A stretch of DNA of 64,000 nt, taken from Podarcis erhardii (Eukaryota). Made by a program: the position numbers and the translations under genes. Below the pieces are notes generated by a model, which did no database searches, was not told where the DNA came from, and saw nothing but the letters and a program-made list of their open reading frames with translations. The stretch lies in assembly GCA_964252035.1 (NCBI GenBank), contig OZ176203.1; one strand, 5' to 3'. Below, piece after piece: positions 13,346-25,118 of this stretch (within the stretch, counting starts at the first letter, position 1; the number at the start of each line of letters is the position of its first letter).

Positions 13346-16300
13346 CACCTCTTGCTCAGCTGCAAGTTCAATGTGGAGATGCTATTTAGTGTGACAAAAT
13401 TAACATAGGCCAGGATTCTCATAGACCAGGATAATAGTAACTTGCTGCTTGGAGTGCAATTGAAACGTTTGTTAGAGTTGCTACTGAGTTTTCTGTTTTG
13501 CTTTGAGCTGTGGCAGGGAAGGGGAAGTAGGCAGATGAAGCACTTGGCCTGGGTGCAGCTCTTGCCCTGCCTAAAGCTCTTCTTCCTTGGAGTTGTAAAG
13601 GGAGATGTGGGAAGTGTATCTCTTCTGATCTTGACCAAAAGTTGACAATGCTCCTCTGATGATCCCCAAGCTCTCCAGAAATGCTCCCATGAAGATGTCT
13701 AGAAACTGTTTCAGAGGCTGAAGCTTAGTGAGGATTATTTCCAGATATTATGTAGTTGGGGGGAGGTTCCCCCCACCAAGGATAACACTTAGGATAACCC
13801 CATCAGGGATAATGTCCCCACTGCTACTACCTTTGCTACCACTACACTTAGTGGAGGAAATTTTAAAGCAACCATGTTGTCACTGCTGCCATAGCAACCA
13901 AGAAATGTTGTAAGGGGCTGACGGGCTACTTTTTGAACCAGTTCCAGCCTGCTCCACCAATTTCCCACCCCTGACATATACAAGGATTGTCTTATCAGAT
14001 TAGTTTTGTCATAGAGTCAAAATGTCAATGCCATGTTAGAAAATGGTAGATGCCACGCTAAGAATCATTAGGAAAGGGATGTAAAGTATACTTGCAAGTA
14101 CCACAATGTCCTTAAACTATACTCACATGTGCAGTCATGTTTGAGTATAGCTTGAGTAGCTCCATCTCAAAAAGAAAATCACCAACCAGAAAGGGGGTGT
14201 AATAATCAGGGAGATGGGGAAACCACCTTCTCTTTGAGAAATGTGAAAGGGTCTCTTGAATTTAAGGGGAAAGAAAGGAGATGATAGCTGTGTGCAGAAA
14301 GTAGATACAGAGGAACTTTTATAATTTTCTCTTAATACTGGATTTTGGAGTCTTCCAGTGTAATCGACTGGCAGTAGATTCAGGGAAATGCTTGTTCGCA
14401 CAAACTGTAATTAATATGTGAATTTGCAACCACAGAATGTTATGGTGGCCACTGCTTAGAAAACTTTTTTAAGGATTGGCCTCCTTCATGAAATGCATAT
14501 CTCTGATGGCTATCATTTATAACGGCTAAATGCAACCCCCAGTTTCAGAGACAGCATGGGAAACAATGAGAAGAGGGCTATCCACTTCAAGCCCTGCTGG
14601 TGGACTTCCAGGACAGAACAGACCTTTGGTCTCACCCAGCAGGACAGTTCATAAATTCTTATCTCTTGCCCATCCTCCTCCTTTGCCCACAGGAGACAAA
14701 AGTAGAGCCCAGCTGGCCACAGCAGTACATAAAGAAGGAAGATGATGAAAATGCATATGAAGATATGGAAAGGGTGTTGTAGTAGAAACCCCAAATTAAT
14801 CTTTCCAAATATGCACAGTCAGTGCAACTCATCAGAATGAGCCATGAATCAGAACTTTAAAATGTAAGATATAGAGTAATTGCCAGCATTCACATTTTGT
14901 AGAATACAGACAATAATAAATGATCCTGAATGTGAACTAGGACCTGATTCAAATTTGCTAAAATCCTCTCCTCATGCCATTGTCAGAATTGTTTACAACC
15001 TTGCCATGATTTCATGTCTAAGCCTTCAACTTTCACTTGACCTTGCCTAAAAGCTGTGATACATACATAGTGGTGCCCCTGACTAGGAGTTTTAGATATC
15101 GTAGACTTGACCCACCCTATCCTGGACCGTAATTGTTTTAAGTGCTGTCTGGTGTCTGAGCCACAGATTGTTCCCAGTGGCCTGATCCTGTCAAAACTCT
15201 TAAAGGAGTTGATACTAGAAAGTCTGTTCTTACTGTGCTGCGGCCAACTATGTGCCCTTTCATTTCAAAAGTGAACACATAATCACTCTTTAAAGTTTAA
15301 ACAGCAATTGATTCTAAACTAGGAAAAATGCACGGGTCCAAAAATGAAATTTATTATAAATAACTCTGATCCTATGCGTTGACAAGAACTGGAAATTAAG
15401 TATTCTCTTATTAAGCAAGGATGCATGCTTGCCTGTATATCTCATTTGTTGTTTGGGTGGTATTTGACTTAACACTGCAACTACACTACTAGTTCAGTTT
15501 TCCAAGGGAATGCTGCACTTCAGTATCACTCCCTTTGTGAAGCAATTTAAATATAAAGTAGCCTGGCATCAATTATTGTATGCTATTATTATTATTATTA
15601 GTTGCCCAATGCCTGATTCATGGACAATCTCATTTTAAGTTTCTCTCCAAGAAGCTGGTACATTAAAAACAGTGTATTTGCACAACCCAAAATGAGCATC
15701 TATAAAGTATAAACATTGTACTGTAAACATTTCGATAAGGTGAAGAAAACCTCAGAGTAAATACATCATCTCAGCAGAAGTCAATTCCTTCTAAGGGATT
15801 GAGAACAACTTACAGCATCTCTTCTAACTCCATCTCCTTCCTTCCTTCATCCATGGCAAAACTGAAATGCCTCTTTCTTACTGTCAGGCAGGAGACAATT
15901 GTGGGGGTACCTACCCATTAAGCTGCCTGGATAAGGAAATCTTCCTGCTATGAAGATAACCATAATAGAAAGATTTGCTTAAGAACTGGGTAGTCATTTT
16001 TTAAAATGTCCTTTCGCATGTCAGAGTGCCATAAATAAAATTGCTTGGCTGATAAAACATAAAACAGGGCTGGGGGTGAAGAGAAGAAGAGAAAATCGTC
16101 ATGCAAGCAGGTGTGAATAAAAGCTTCACAGTGTGTGTCTTCCAGGTACATAACCAAAAGACACATTTCTGTGTGGTGCGTCCTCTTTGGCTTCTTGTTT
16201 ATGCACCTCTGGCTGACCCGATTATGTCAAGTGCCCTTTGAATTCCTTTAATAATAGCTGCTCTCCTCTCGCAGTGATTTCAGACAAGGGCAGCGTCAGC

Positions 16301-19300
16301 ATCAACCTTAGTCAGCTTCACATTGCCCAAACCAGTCCCTGCTCCTGTGCACTGTAGGGTGTGCCACCTTGAAAGGGAAAGAGATGTGTAAATGCACCTT
16401 GGAGATCAAAACCACTGCAAATAATACAAGTTTGAACCTTTCTTGTTCATAGCCTTATGCGCATAAGAATTCTCCAGTGGTATTTCAGAGATGTGACAAA
16501 AGAAAAGTCAATCCCATTCTCATAAAAGTAAAGCTCGCAAACCCCCATTGAATGTTACATGTTGTGTTCCACCACTGTCAGAAGGCGATTTGATCCAGCA
16601 GAAGCTTCCATGAGAATAAAGGCCAGAGGAGTGATTGTTGCCGTTTCAGCCTTCCCTCTGGAGCCTGCTCCAACCCTTCACCGTCTTCTCCGAAGGATTG
16701 GGGGACCATTTAAAATAGTATGGGAGATGACTTGGGGAGGGGGGTCTGCAAAAGAATGGAGGAATTTGCAAAAATAACTTCCTCTGGGTCAAAAGGCTAC
16801 CTGTCAGAAGAGAGGTGTTGCAGTACCTGACTCTCTGCAAGTTAAAATCTAACAAAGACATTAGGCAGAAGTGCAGAATATACTTGAGTCCAGTGTAATC
16901 AGTTGAAAATACCGAGTCTCATAGCACTTTAAAAGCAAACAACTTTTATTATGGCATATGCCTTTAGGGATTCTAATCTACCTGTGTGAATGCTATTTTC
17001 CTTCACCGTCCCCATCCCTTTTTCCTCTTGGGTTATGTCTTGTAGATTATAAGCCTGAAGATGGACACTGTAATTTTTGATATTTATCTGTAAGAGGCTC
17101 TGCAGCCTTTTCTACTGAAAAACAGCATAAAAGTACTTCAAATAATTAAATGAATATATGCCATATGTGAAATATTTGCTATTGCTTCTCTTAATTTAGA
17201 TACTTCTTATTCAGTTATGTACCTCTTATTCCCAAAGTTATGACCGTAAGAAAACATGAGCAATAAATGTTAAGGTAGCAATTGCTAATAGGAAAATAAC
17301 ATGATAAAAAATATACAATAATTGCAAAGGGTGGTCACAGAACAATGCAACGTCCAACTGCTGTAACTGTCACTGCTCAATGGGAGGCCAGTCAGCCAGT
17401 CTATTTCATAAACTTTTAATCATGATAATGGAAAACAATTGTCAGAAGCATCCTAGTGAATATTATTTGAGGCTGGAGGAGTTGGCAGCCATCTGTTCAT
17501 TAATGTCTGCCATTGACACCTATCAAAAATATTACAAAGCTTCAGGAGTGAAGACATTACAACTTTATTTCTTGTACAAATGGATTACTATCTTTGATAA
17601 CTTTTAATGATTTGTTATTATGCCACATTTGTTTCGAGACAGACGATTAGCAACAAATATGCCTCCAGCTTCCCAAGATGTTCTAAAAGAAATTATTCTT
17701 TGTGTCATACTTCTGGAAAAAACCAAAAACTTATTGAAACAGTTATCATCGTTAACGAGGAAATCATATTTTCACGATGCCAGAAAGCAGGAGGCTTGAA
17801 ATCACCACAGATTCAGATTCAGAGGTCACAAGTCACTCATCTGAGCTAGTCGCCCACCTTTGAAAGTGCCTGGCAACCTTATTGCTGCCTCTGGGAATAG
17901 ACAGCTGACATCTCCAGCTCCTGAATGTCACAGCCAGTAGAGGGCAAAGGTAAACCAGGTAATAAGCTGCTATTTTTATTCCTCAAGGGAGACAGCTGAG
18001 GAACAACAATATTGAGGAATACAGTCCAAGACTCGTATGCCTTGAACAAGCAAGAGACAAGCCCCAGATGAAGTCAGATCACAGCAACGTATAGAATCCA
18101 AGCAATTGTAAGCAAATAAGCTCAGAAACGGCAGCAAAGAGTGCTTGAGAGCCAAACTGGTTGCATGTATCCCCCCCCCCCACCAAACAATGTACCAGTA
18201 TATTATTGTTTTAAATGGGCGGGGGGAATGTGGTGAAGGTTGCACTGGAGGGGATGGGAACATAGCAAGGGGAAGAAACTGTTTAATGATTTCCTTCCTC
18301 GCTATTTATTAATTGAAACTGCTCCTCATGCTATATAAATAGGAATCCTTTCAGCAATGGCAAAAAGAACCCTCTCCACCCCCTGCAGTAATATTAGGCT
18401 TAAAAAAACCCCTCACTTTTGGTGCCAAGGGGTGCACCAACTACAGCATGGAGGAAATGATTTTTGTTGTGTTGCAGTTGGGATGGTGGGGAAGGGTTAA
18501 ACCTCCTCCCTCTGCATTCCAAATTAAAATTGACCCTGCACATACAATTAAACTTTTCAATACCACAGTGTGGTGGCTGTGAGTAGGTGTGATGCAGTTA
18601 ACATCACATGTCATTAGGCCCTAAGTAGAGGGCACTGGGAAACAGAGTGAAGTAGGTTCTTTCCCTACATACTGTACATGCACTTCTTTCACTTCTTAGT
18701 TTAATATTTCGCAACAGCCTTGTTTTTCATTTAAAAAAACCTGCCATAAGAAAAACACACAACCATGGGCTCTTCCAGACAACTTGTTTATTGAGCGTTC
18801 ATCCTTGTTTGTTTTCACAAAAGTTGTGCAGTTTTTTTAATTGTTTCTTTCCATGGAGGTTACAAGATATTATGTCAAACCATTGCTTTCCCACACTTCC
18901 CAATGGTTCCCCATTGCTTTCCTTACTGCAAAAGTCTGGGTTTGGGGCCCAAGTGGATTTTTGCACAAGACCACTAAACCCACTTCAGTTGTGCAAGCTA
19001 AATTTGGCAATGTATGATTGAAGGCCGCCCTCAAAATAGCGGCAGTCTGGAAGCAGCTGTGTATCTAGTTTGGCTCTGGATCAGTACCTTTTTATTTTCC
19101 CAGCAGTACTTCCTAACCCCAGATTTAAAAACAACAACTCTCTACTGTACTATTTTGATTGGAGAATTTTTTTCTTTTTCGGATAAAACCCAGCCCTTAA
19201 GGATTTCAAGAATACAAAGCATTTTGGATGGATACTGAAAATAGGTTGCACTTTGCATGCAAGTTTGGAGGATAGTTAATAATAAATGGGTTGAGTGTAT

Positions 19301-19333
19301 ATGCTACTTGTACACAAAATAGTTTTGCAAGAG

Positions 19334-19764
19334 AGGTTAAAAGTTCAAAGTTGAGCCTGAGTCTATACTGCCTTCACTGTTCTCTTTTAATTATCTGAGG
19401 TCAGGAAGTTAATAATACTAGAAATACCCACTAGAGACCTCTTGCTCACTGTATGAACTTTAAACTTGTCTGCATTTTTTTTTTTTTTGAAAGGGTAAAA
19501 AGTTCAGTGAAAACATGATGGTTTTCTCCTTTGGCCTACACTAGTTCAACCTCAAGGGTTAAAAGTTTAACTGTAAAAGAGGAACCTTTGTTCGCTGAGG
19601 TAATTTCAAAAGTTCACTTATTAAAAGGTAAGATTTCAAATAAAAGGCAAAGTCCAGTGTGATTCTATTCCACAAGAATGAAAACCTTGTGACAAAGGAA
19701 TACTCTTTAATCTGTTGTCACATCGGAATGACCTTCACATTTTATTGTCTTTGTGTTTTGAACT
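19334..19764. promoter_or_regulatory. Cluster of nuclear-receptor half-sites and DR1/DR2 elements (candidate enhancer)
   Basis: Eight perfect RGKTCA hexamers, four DR2 elements with an AA spacer, and an HNF4-type CAAAGTCCA; see findings. Confidence 0.55.
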
Positions 19765-19980
19765 TTGGAAAAGCAATGTCTCCTGTAAGCCAACTTTATA
19801 GGTTTAACGTCAACACACAGCACTGGATAATTCTTTATATTTTTCAAATAAATGCAATTTATGTTTACCACTTACACATTAAGTTCATTCCTGTATGCCT
19901 TGTGTTGCTGATACCGCTTTCTTATAGATGGCAAGTAGTGATTCATAAAAATATGCTTCTTTCACACATTGGTATATTAC

Positions 19981-20277
19981 GCTAAACTGAACCATGGCTT
20001 AGTGCACATCTATAAACATGCAGGTTCCTAGGGAAGAGCTCACACCTGCTATGTTCTTCCTTGGTCCCTTTAGCTCAGCAGAGCACTGAGCTAAATAAAC
20101 CCTGGCTATAAGTCATGGCTAAGAAGGAGAAAGCTTAACCATGAGCCCGGGTTTGGAGAACAGGCCATCCTGAATCACTACTGAGCTAAAGGGCCAGGGA
20201 GGAGCAAAGCAGCTGTGATCTCCTGTCTGGGAACCTGCATGTTCATGCATATGCATTAAGCCATGGTTCAGCTTAGC
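19981..20277. mobile_element. Palindromic MITE (~100-bp imperfect inverted arms; possibly PIF/Harbinger-like)
   Basis: GCTAAACTGAACCATGGCTTAGTGCA...TGCATTAAGCCATGGTTCAGCTTAGC, with inner arms continuing to CCCTTTAGCTCAG / CTGAGCTAAAGGG. Confidence 0.75.
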
Positions 20278-20283
20278 AAACTA

Positions 20284-20525
20284 CAGTGGTACCTTAGGTT
20301 AAGAACTTAATTCGTTCTGGAGGTCCATTCTTAACCTGAAACTGTTCTTAACCTGAGGTACCACTTTAACTTATGGCGCCTCCTGCTGCTGCTGCACCGC
20401 CGCCACACAATTTCTGTTCTCATCCTGAAGCAAAGTTCTTAACCCGAGGTACTATTTCTGGGTTAGCGGAGTCTGTAACCTGAAGCATCTGTAACCTGAA
20501 GTGTCTGTAACCTGAGGTACCACCA
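20284..20525. mobile_element. Tc1/mariner (Tigger-like) MITE
   Basis: TA|CAGTGGTACCTTAGGTTAAGAAC ... GTAACCTGAGGTACCAC; internal repeated TAACCTGA motifs; right TIR clipped. Confidence 0.85.
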
Positions 20526-20944
20526 ATGTGCATGAAAGAAGCAGATTTTTTTATAAATAACTACTTGCCATCTATAAGAAAGTGGTATTTGAAAGAACAA
20601 TGCACAACCCTGTAAATGTAGATCAGAGGCCTCAATGCTAAACCTTTGAAAAACTGAGCTAGGGATACCTTGGTGTTTATGAGTGAAGCACACCACAAAG
20701 TTCCACCCACAGTAGACTCTAACCCTGTTCAGGTCAGTTGTTGCCATGTTGTGTACTGAAAACACTTGACTTATGTTGGGAGGGTCAAGTGTGCAACATG
20801 CATCACATTTATATAGTGTTCAGGCAAAGTGCTTCACACCCATTATCTCAGCTCTTTAAGCTCAGTCAAGGACTTAAATTGTTGCTAGCTAACCTGAGAT
20901 CAGTGAATTTGTTTATTATACGAATAAAGTGTTGTTTAATCATA

Positions 20945-21235
20945 CAGTGGTGCCCCGCAAGACGAATGCCTCGCAAGACTAAAAACTCGCTAGACGAAAG
21001 AGTTTTCCGTCTTTTGAGGTGCTTCGCAAGATGAATTTCCCTATGGGCTTGCTTCGCAAGACGAAACGTCTTGCGAGTTCTTGCGAGTTTTTTCCCTCCC
21101 CCCTTTTTCTAAGCCGCTAAACCGCTAATAGCGCTAAGCCGCTAAGCCGCTAATAGCCGTGCTTCACAAGACGAAAAAACCGCAAGACGAAGAGACTCGC
21201 GGAACGGATTAATTTCGTCTTGCGAGGCACCACTG
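20945..21235. mobile_element. Young Tc1/mariner (Tigger-like) MITE
   Basis: 22-bp TIRs CAGTGGTGCCCCGCAAGACGAA / TTCGTCTTGCGAGGCACCACTG (21/22), TA on both sides; CpG-rich with repeated GCAAGACGAA and CCGCTAA units. Confidence 0.92.
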
Positions 21236-23412
21236 TATCTTAAACTGTTGTTACCCACCCTGAAATCTTCTAGGATGAACAGTGGGATAGATAAGATCAA
21301 TTTTTAAATAAATTTCTATTGATAAAATAAATTTAAAAATAAATGTCACTATGCCCATATTGTGGTTAGGAGTGAGGAAGGAATGAAACTGAAAAATAGT
21401 GGCTTGCTTGAACCCACGTAGTTCATTTGTGAGTAATGTGAGAATTTGAGCCAGTAGCTGATTAGCTCATATGTCACACTCTTAGCTGTGACATTACCCT
21501 ACATACTGGATCCAAAGCTTTCCTTCTCTAGTATTTTTGCTAAGAAATCCATTAATTTTGCCTCAGTGTCCTTAATTTTCAGACCTTTCTTTGCATCTCT
21601 AACCAAACCATCTCTGTTTCTATTCCCAATGTAAAAGCTGTACGCTACATTGCTTCAAAAGTTGGATTCAGATCATTTTTCTTTATATAAAAACTAGGAA
21701 GTGTATTTGTTCTCATTAAGGCACTCTTCTTAAAGTGACATAAATTCATTTCCTTCATCTAGTTAGCAAATGGGAAGTGCTCGTGTTTGAGGCTCTTCCA
21801 GTTTCAGTGCAGTAAGTGTCAATGGACAGAAGCCAAATTTGTTCATTTGGCCTTGTAGATCTTACAACTGAAAAAGAGGTGGTTTGGATTTATTTATTTA
21901 TTTAAAAAATGTAATTGAAATTATAAGCAGAGGCTCTAAATGGACATATGCTGTGAATTATTTCAAATACGTATGTTGCTTAGATAATTGGGAAGCAGCA
22001 TGAAGGTTGCGTTCTCAATTTTCCTTGGCATGCTGTTTTAAACATTGTTTTGTATTGTGTTGCCTTGAATCCACTCTTTTTTGAGGATTAAAATCCACTA
22101 TCCGGGTGCTAGCAGAGTCCTTCTCTGGTAGTTGCTCATGTTCTGTCCCTCACAGTTAGGTACCCAGGGAAAGCCTATCATCTCCAGATCAATATCCCAA
22201 ACTTCTGTGCCCCTAAGGGAAATTTCATTTTGCTATCATGCAGGGCTCCAATTATGAAACAATGGGTAGGAGGTCAGTCCACAAGCTCCATCCTCTGGTT
22301 CCTCCAAATTTTAGCTAAAGACTGAAGCAAAGAGGCAGAGCAACACAAAAGCCCCCCTCTTTAATTCGAGCCATGCTATCATATTAGAAAGGAAGCTTGT
22401 GTAACACCATGTCCTCAAGGAGCAAGCATGATGAGGGGAATATATGTATTAACTTGACTTGTCCTAGTCCTTGTCATGCCTACTAGCTCTGCATTCTGTA
22501 GAGCAGAGGAGGGGAACCTGTAGCCTCCCAGACATTGCTGGACTACAACCCCTAACCATTGGACATGGGAGTCGGAGACAATTTCTGCTTGGCCACAAGT
22601 CTCCTACTCCTAGTGAAATGGAAATATAGGCCCTTACTGTTTATTAGAAAAGATGGCAAGAGATTTGAGGCAAAACTAAGGAGTGAACTAAGTGTCAGAA
22701 CGAATGAAGAAGCTGCCACGAGAATTTTTATACTGAATCTTTAGAGTTGCTGTTCCTGTAGAATAGCTTGTATGTTTGTTCAGAACAAGACATTTCATGA
22801 TAGAAATATTATGCAAAATTGACAGTATGGTGGAGTAACAAAATGGCTATATATTATTGAACATATAACCACATATTTCTTATAACGGTAGTCACACATG
22901 CACATTTCAGTGCCTAGTACTGTACACATGCTACATATTAGCAACTTCTGTTCCTGTAAACCTATAAAGGCAAGTTCTGCAAGAAAATACACAATCTTAT
23001 GTAGAAATGTTCACTTTGGTAAAGTACTGGGTCAAAGCTACTCTCAAATTTCAAGTTTTGTGCTGCATGTGCAGGGGGAAGAGGGTGTAAATTATGAAAT
23101 GTCCTAAAATATGAATAAGTCATGTGGAAATAATTAATCACAGGAAACTCATTAAAATTAAAAGTGTATTTTAAATGGTTTCTTGATTGAGTACAAATGC
23201 CTCATTAATTAAGAATGCATTGACTTAAGAACACAAGTGATGTCAAAAAGAGAATAATGACTGACATGACATGGAATACAACATGCTGTGTGTTCTCTGT
23301 CTCAAACACTCAGGAAGAACAGTCTCCACAAAAGGTCAGTGGATGCATAAGATGGAAAGCTCTTCAATGCCTCTTGATTATTTTAAAGTGCCATTGTACA
23401 CAGGGATGTTGG

Positions 23413-24065
23413 GTAGAATCATAGGATCATTGGGTTGGAAGGGAACTTGGAAGGCATCTAATCCAATCTACCACTGCAGGCAGGACCAGCAATGCTGGAT
23501 GCACTTACAGCATCCCTGACAGATGGTCTACTAGTCTCTGTTTATGTTCCTCAAGAGAAGAAGACCCAACCACCTCCCAGGGCAGTCTGTTCCATTCTGA
23601 ACATTTCTTCCTGTTAGCAAGTGTAGCTCTCTTTCCCACTGAGACTGTCTTGAGGTATGACTGTATTCTGCTGGTTCTCTCCATTCTGTTTCCGTTATGC
23701 TCACTAGATCTGTGTTCTCCTTTATAACTAAGCATTCCAGCTTGCCCATCTTAACTTTGGGGCTTCTAGCATTAGCATAGAAACATCGGCACATGGTGTC
23801 CCTTTCTTTCCATCATGTGCATGTTTTTCCTGTCACCATTTGGCCTCTTTGACTGGCTGTCATGTTCTGCTGTAGGTTCTTGGCCTCTTTCCACATGGTT
23901 CCCCTGGGGGTAGGGAGAGAACATTTTCATCCCCATCCCTTAGGAATGATAAAGCCTGAAGTGAATACTACTCCCGCTTCTGTTGGCTTTCCCCCAGAGA
24001 TCATTTTTAAAAGAGTTCTATCAGCTTCTTGCTGTGCAGAACCAGCAGTTAAGTTCCATTCTGTG
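23413..24065 (-). mobile_element. CR1 LINE, 5'-truncated and internally deleted
   Basis: The minus strand carries, in order: ORF1 end (QNGT*LLVL..., GKPT), ORF2 endonuclease start (YANARS..KMGKLECLV..ENTDLVSITET), ORF2 extreme C-terminus (WNRLPWEVVGSSSLE..KQRL..HLSGM), and the ATTCT(A)TG-type CR1 tail. Confidence 0.85.
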
Positions 24066-24305
24066 TTCCTCTAGTGCCGCTGCTCCTGGATGTTTGTAGT
24101 TGTTTAAGAATATTTCCATTTGAGTATGAATCTTTCAGGATTGTGTGATATCACCTTACAGGTGACAAAATATAAAAGAAAATCCATGTGTTGTTTGTTA
24201 GATTTGTCATAATGTTTAGTCACTGAATACACATTTCAGTAATGCCCAACTCCCGTATCAGCTATACATGAGCAGGTTTTAAGTTCTGGGGAAAAATATT
24301 TGGCT

Positions 24306-25118
24306 AAATTTACGGCATGTAATGCCTTAAAAGAAAATATTATGAAAATGATTTACAGGTGGTACATGACCCCAGTCAAGCTCGCGAAGATTTACCATTT
24401 GCCCAATAATAAATGTTGGAAATGTAATGAAGCCGAAGGTACCTTCTTTCACCTTTGGTGGACCTGCCCAAGGATTAAGGCCTTCTGGTAAATGATTTAT
24501 AATGAAATTAAGAAGGTACTTAAATGTACTTTTCAAAAGAAACCGGAGGCATTTCTCCTGGGCATGGTTGGCCAATTGGTTTCAAAGAGGGATAAGATTT
24601 TCTTTATGTACGCCACTACAGCAGCAAGGATTCTTCTAGCAAAGTATTGGAAGACACAAGAATTACCCACACTGGAAGAATGGCAGACAAAAGTGATTGA
24701 CTTTATGGGACTGGCAGAAATGACCGGCAGAATCCGCGACCAAGAGAAAGAGACAGTGGAGGAAGATTGGAAAAAGTTTAAACTATATCTTAAGAACTGT
24801 TGTAAAATAGAGGAGTGATAAAATGTCAAGGGCAAGGAAGATGCAGAATTGCAGCTAAAACTGTTTGATGATTTAAGGTGAAATTGAGAATGACAATGAG
24901 TTTAAATTTAATTGGCAAAAAGGGTTGTTGAAAAACTAAAATAAGGATGCAAAAAGGGTGAGGTATGGGGAAGTCCGAGAAACGAGGCGTATGAAAATGA
25001 GGTTAAGAAATGATATTTTTTGTGTGTGTGTTCGTATTTGTTGATGTTTGTGTGTTGTTGTTGTTTAGTGTTAAAAATTGGAAAATTAATAAAAAATTAT
25101 TTTAAAAAAAAAGAAAAG
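24306..25118 (+). mobile_element. 5'-truncated L1 with poly(A) tail and TSD
   Basis: Encodes KFTACNALKENIMKMIYRWYMTP...KCWKC...GTFFHLWWTCP (L1 ORF2 C-terminal Cys-rich domain) with one internal stop at 24489-24491. AATAAA at 25088, then an A-tail; 13-bp TSD AAAATATTTGGCT at 24293-24305 and 25119-25131. Confidence 0.9.
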
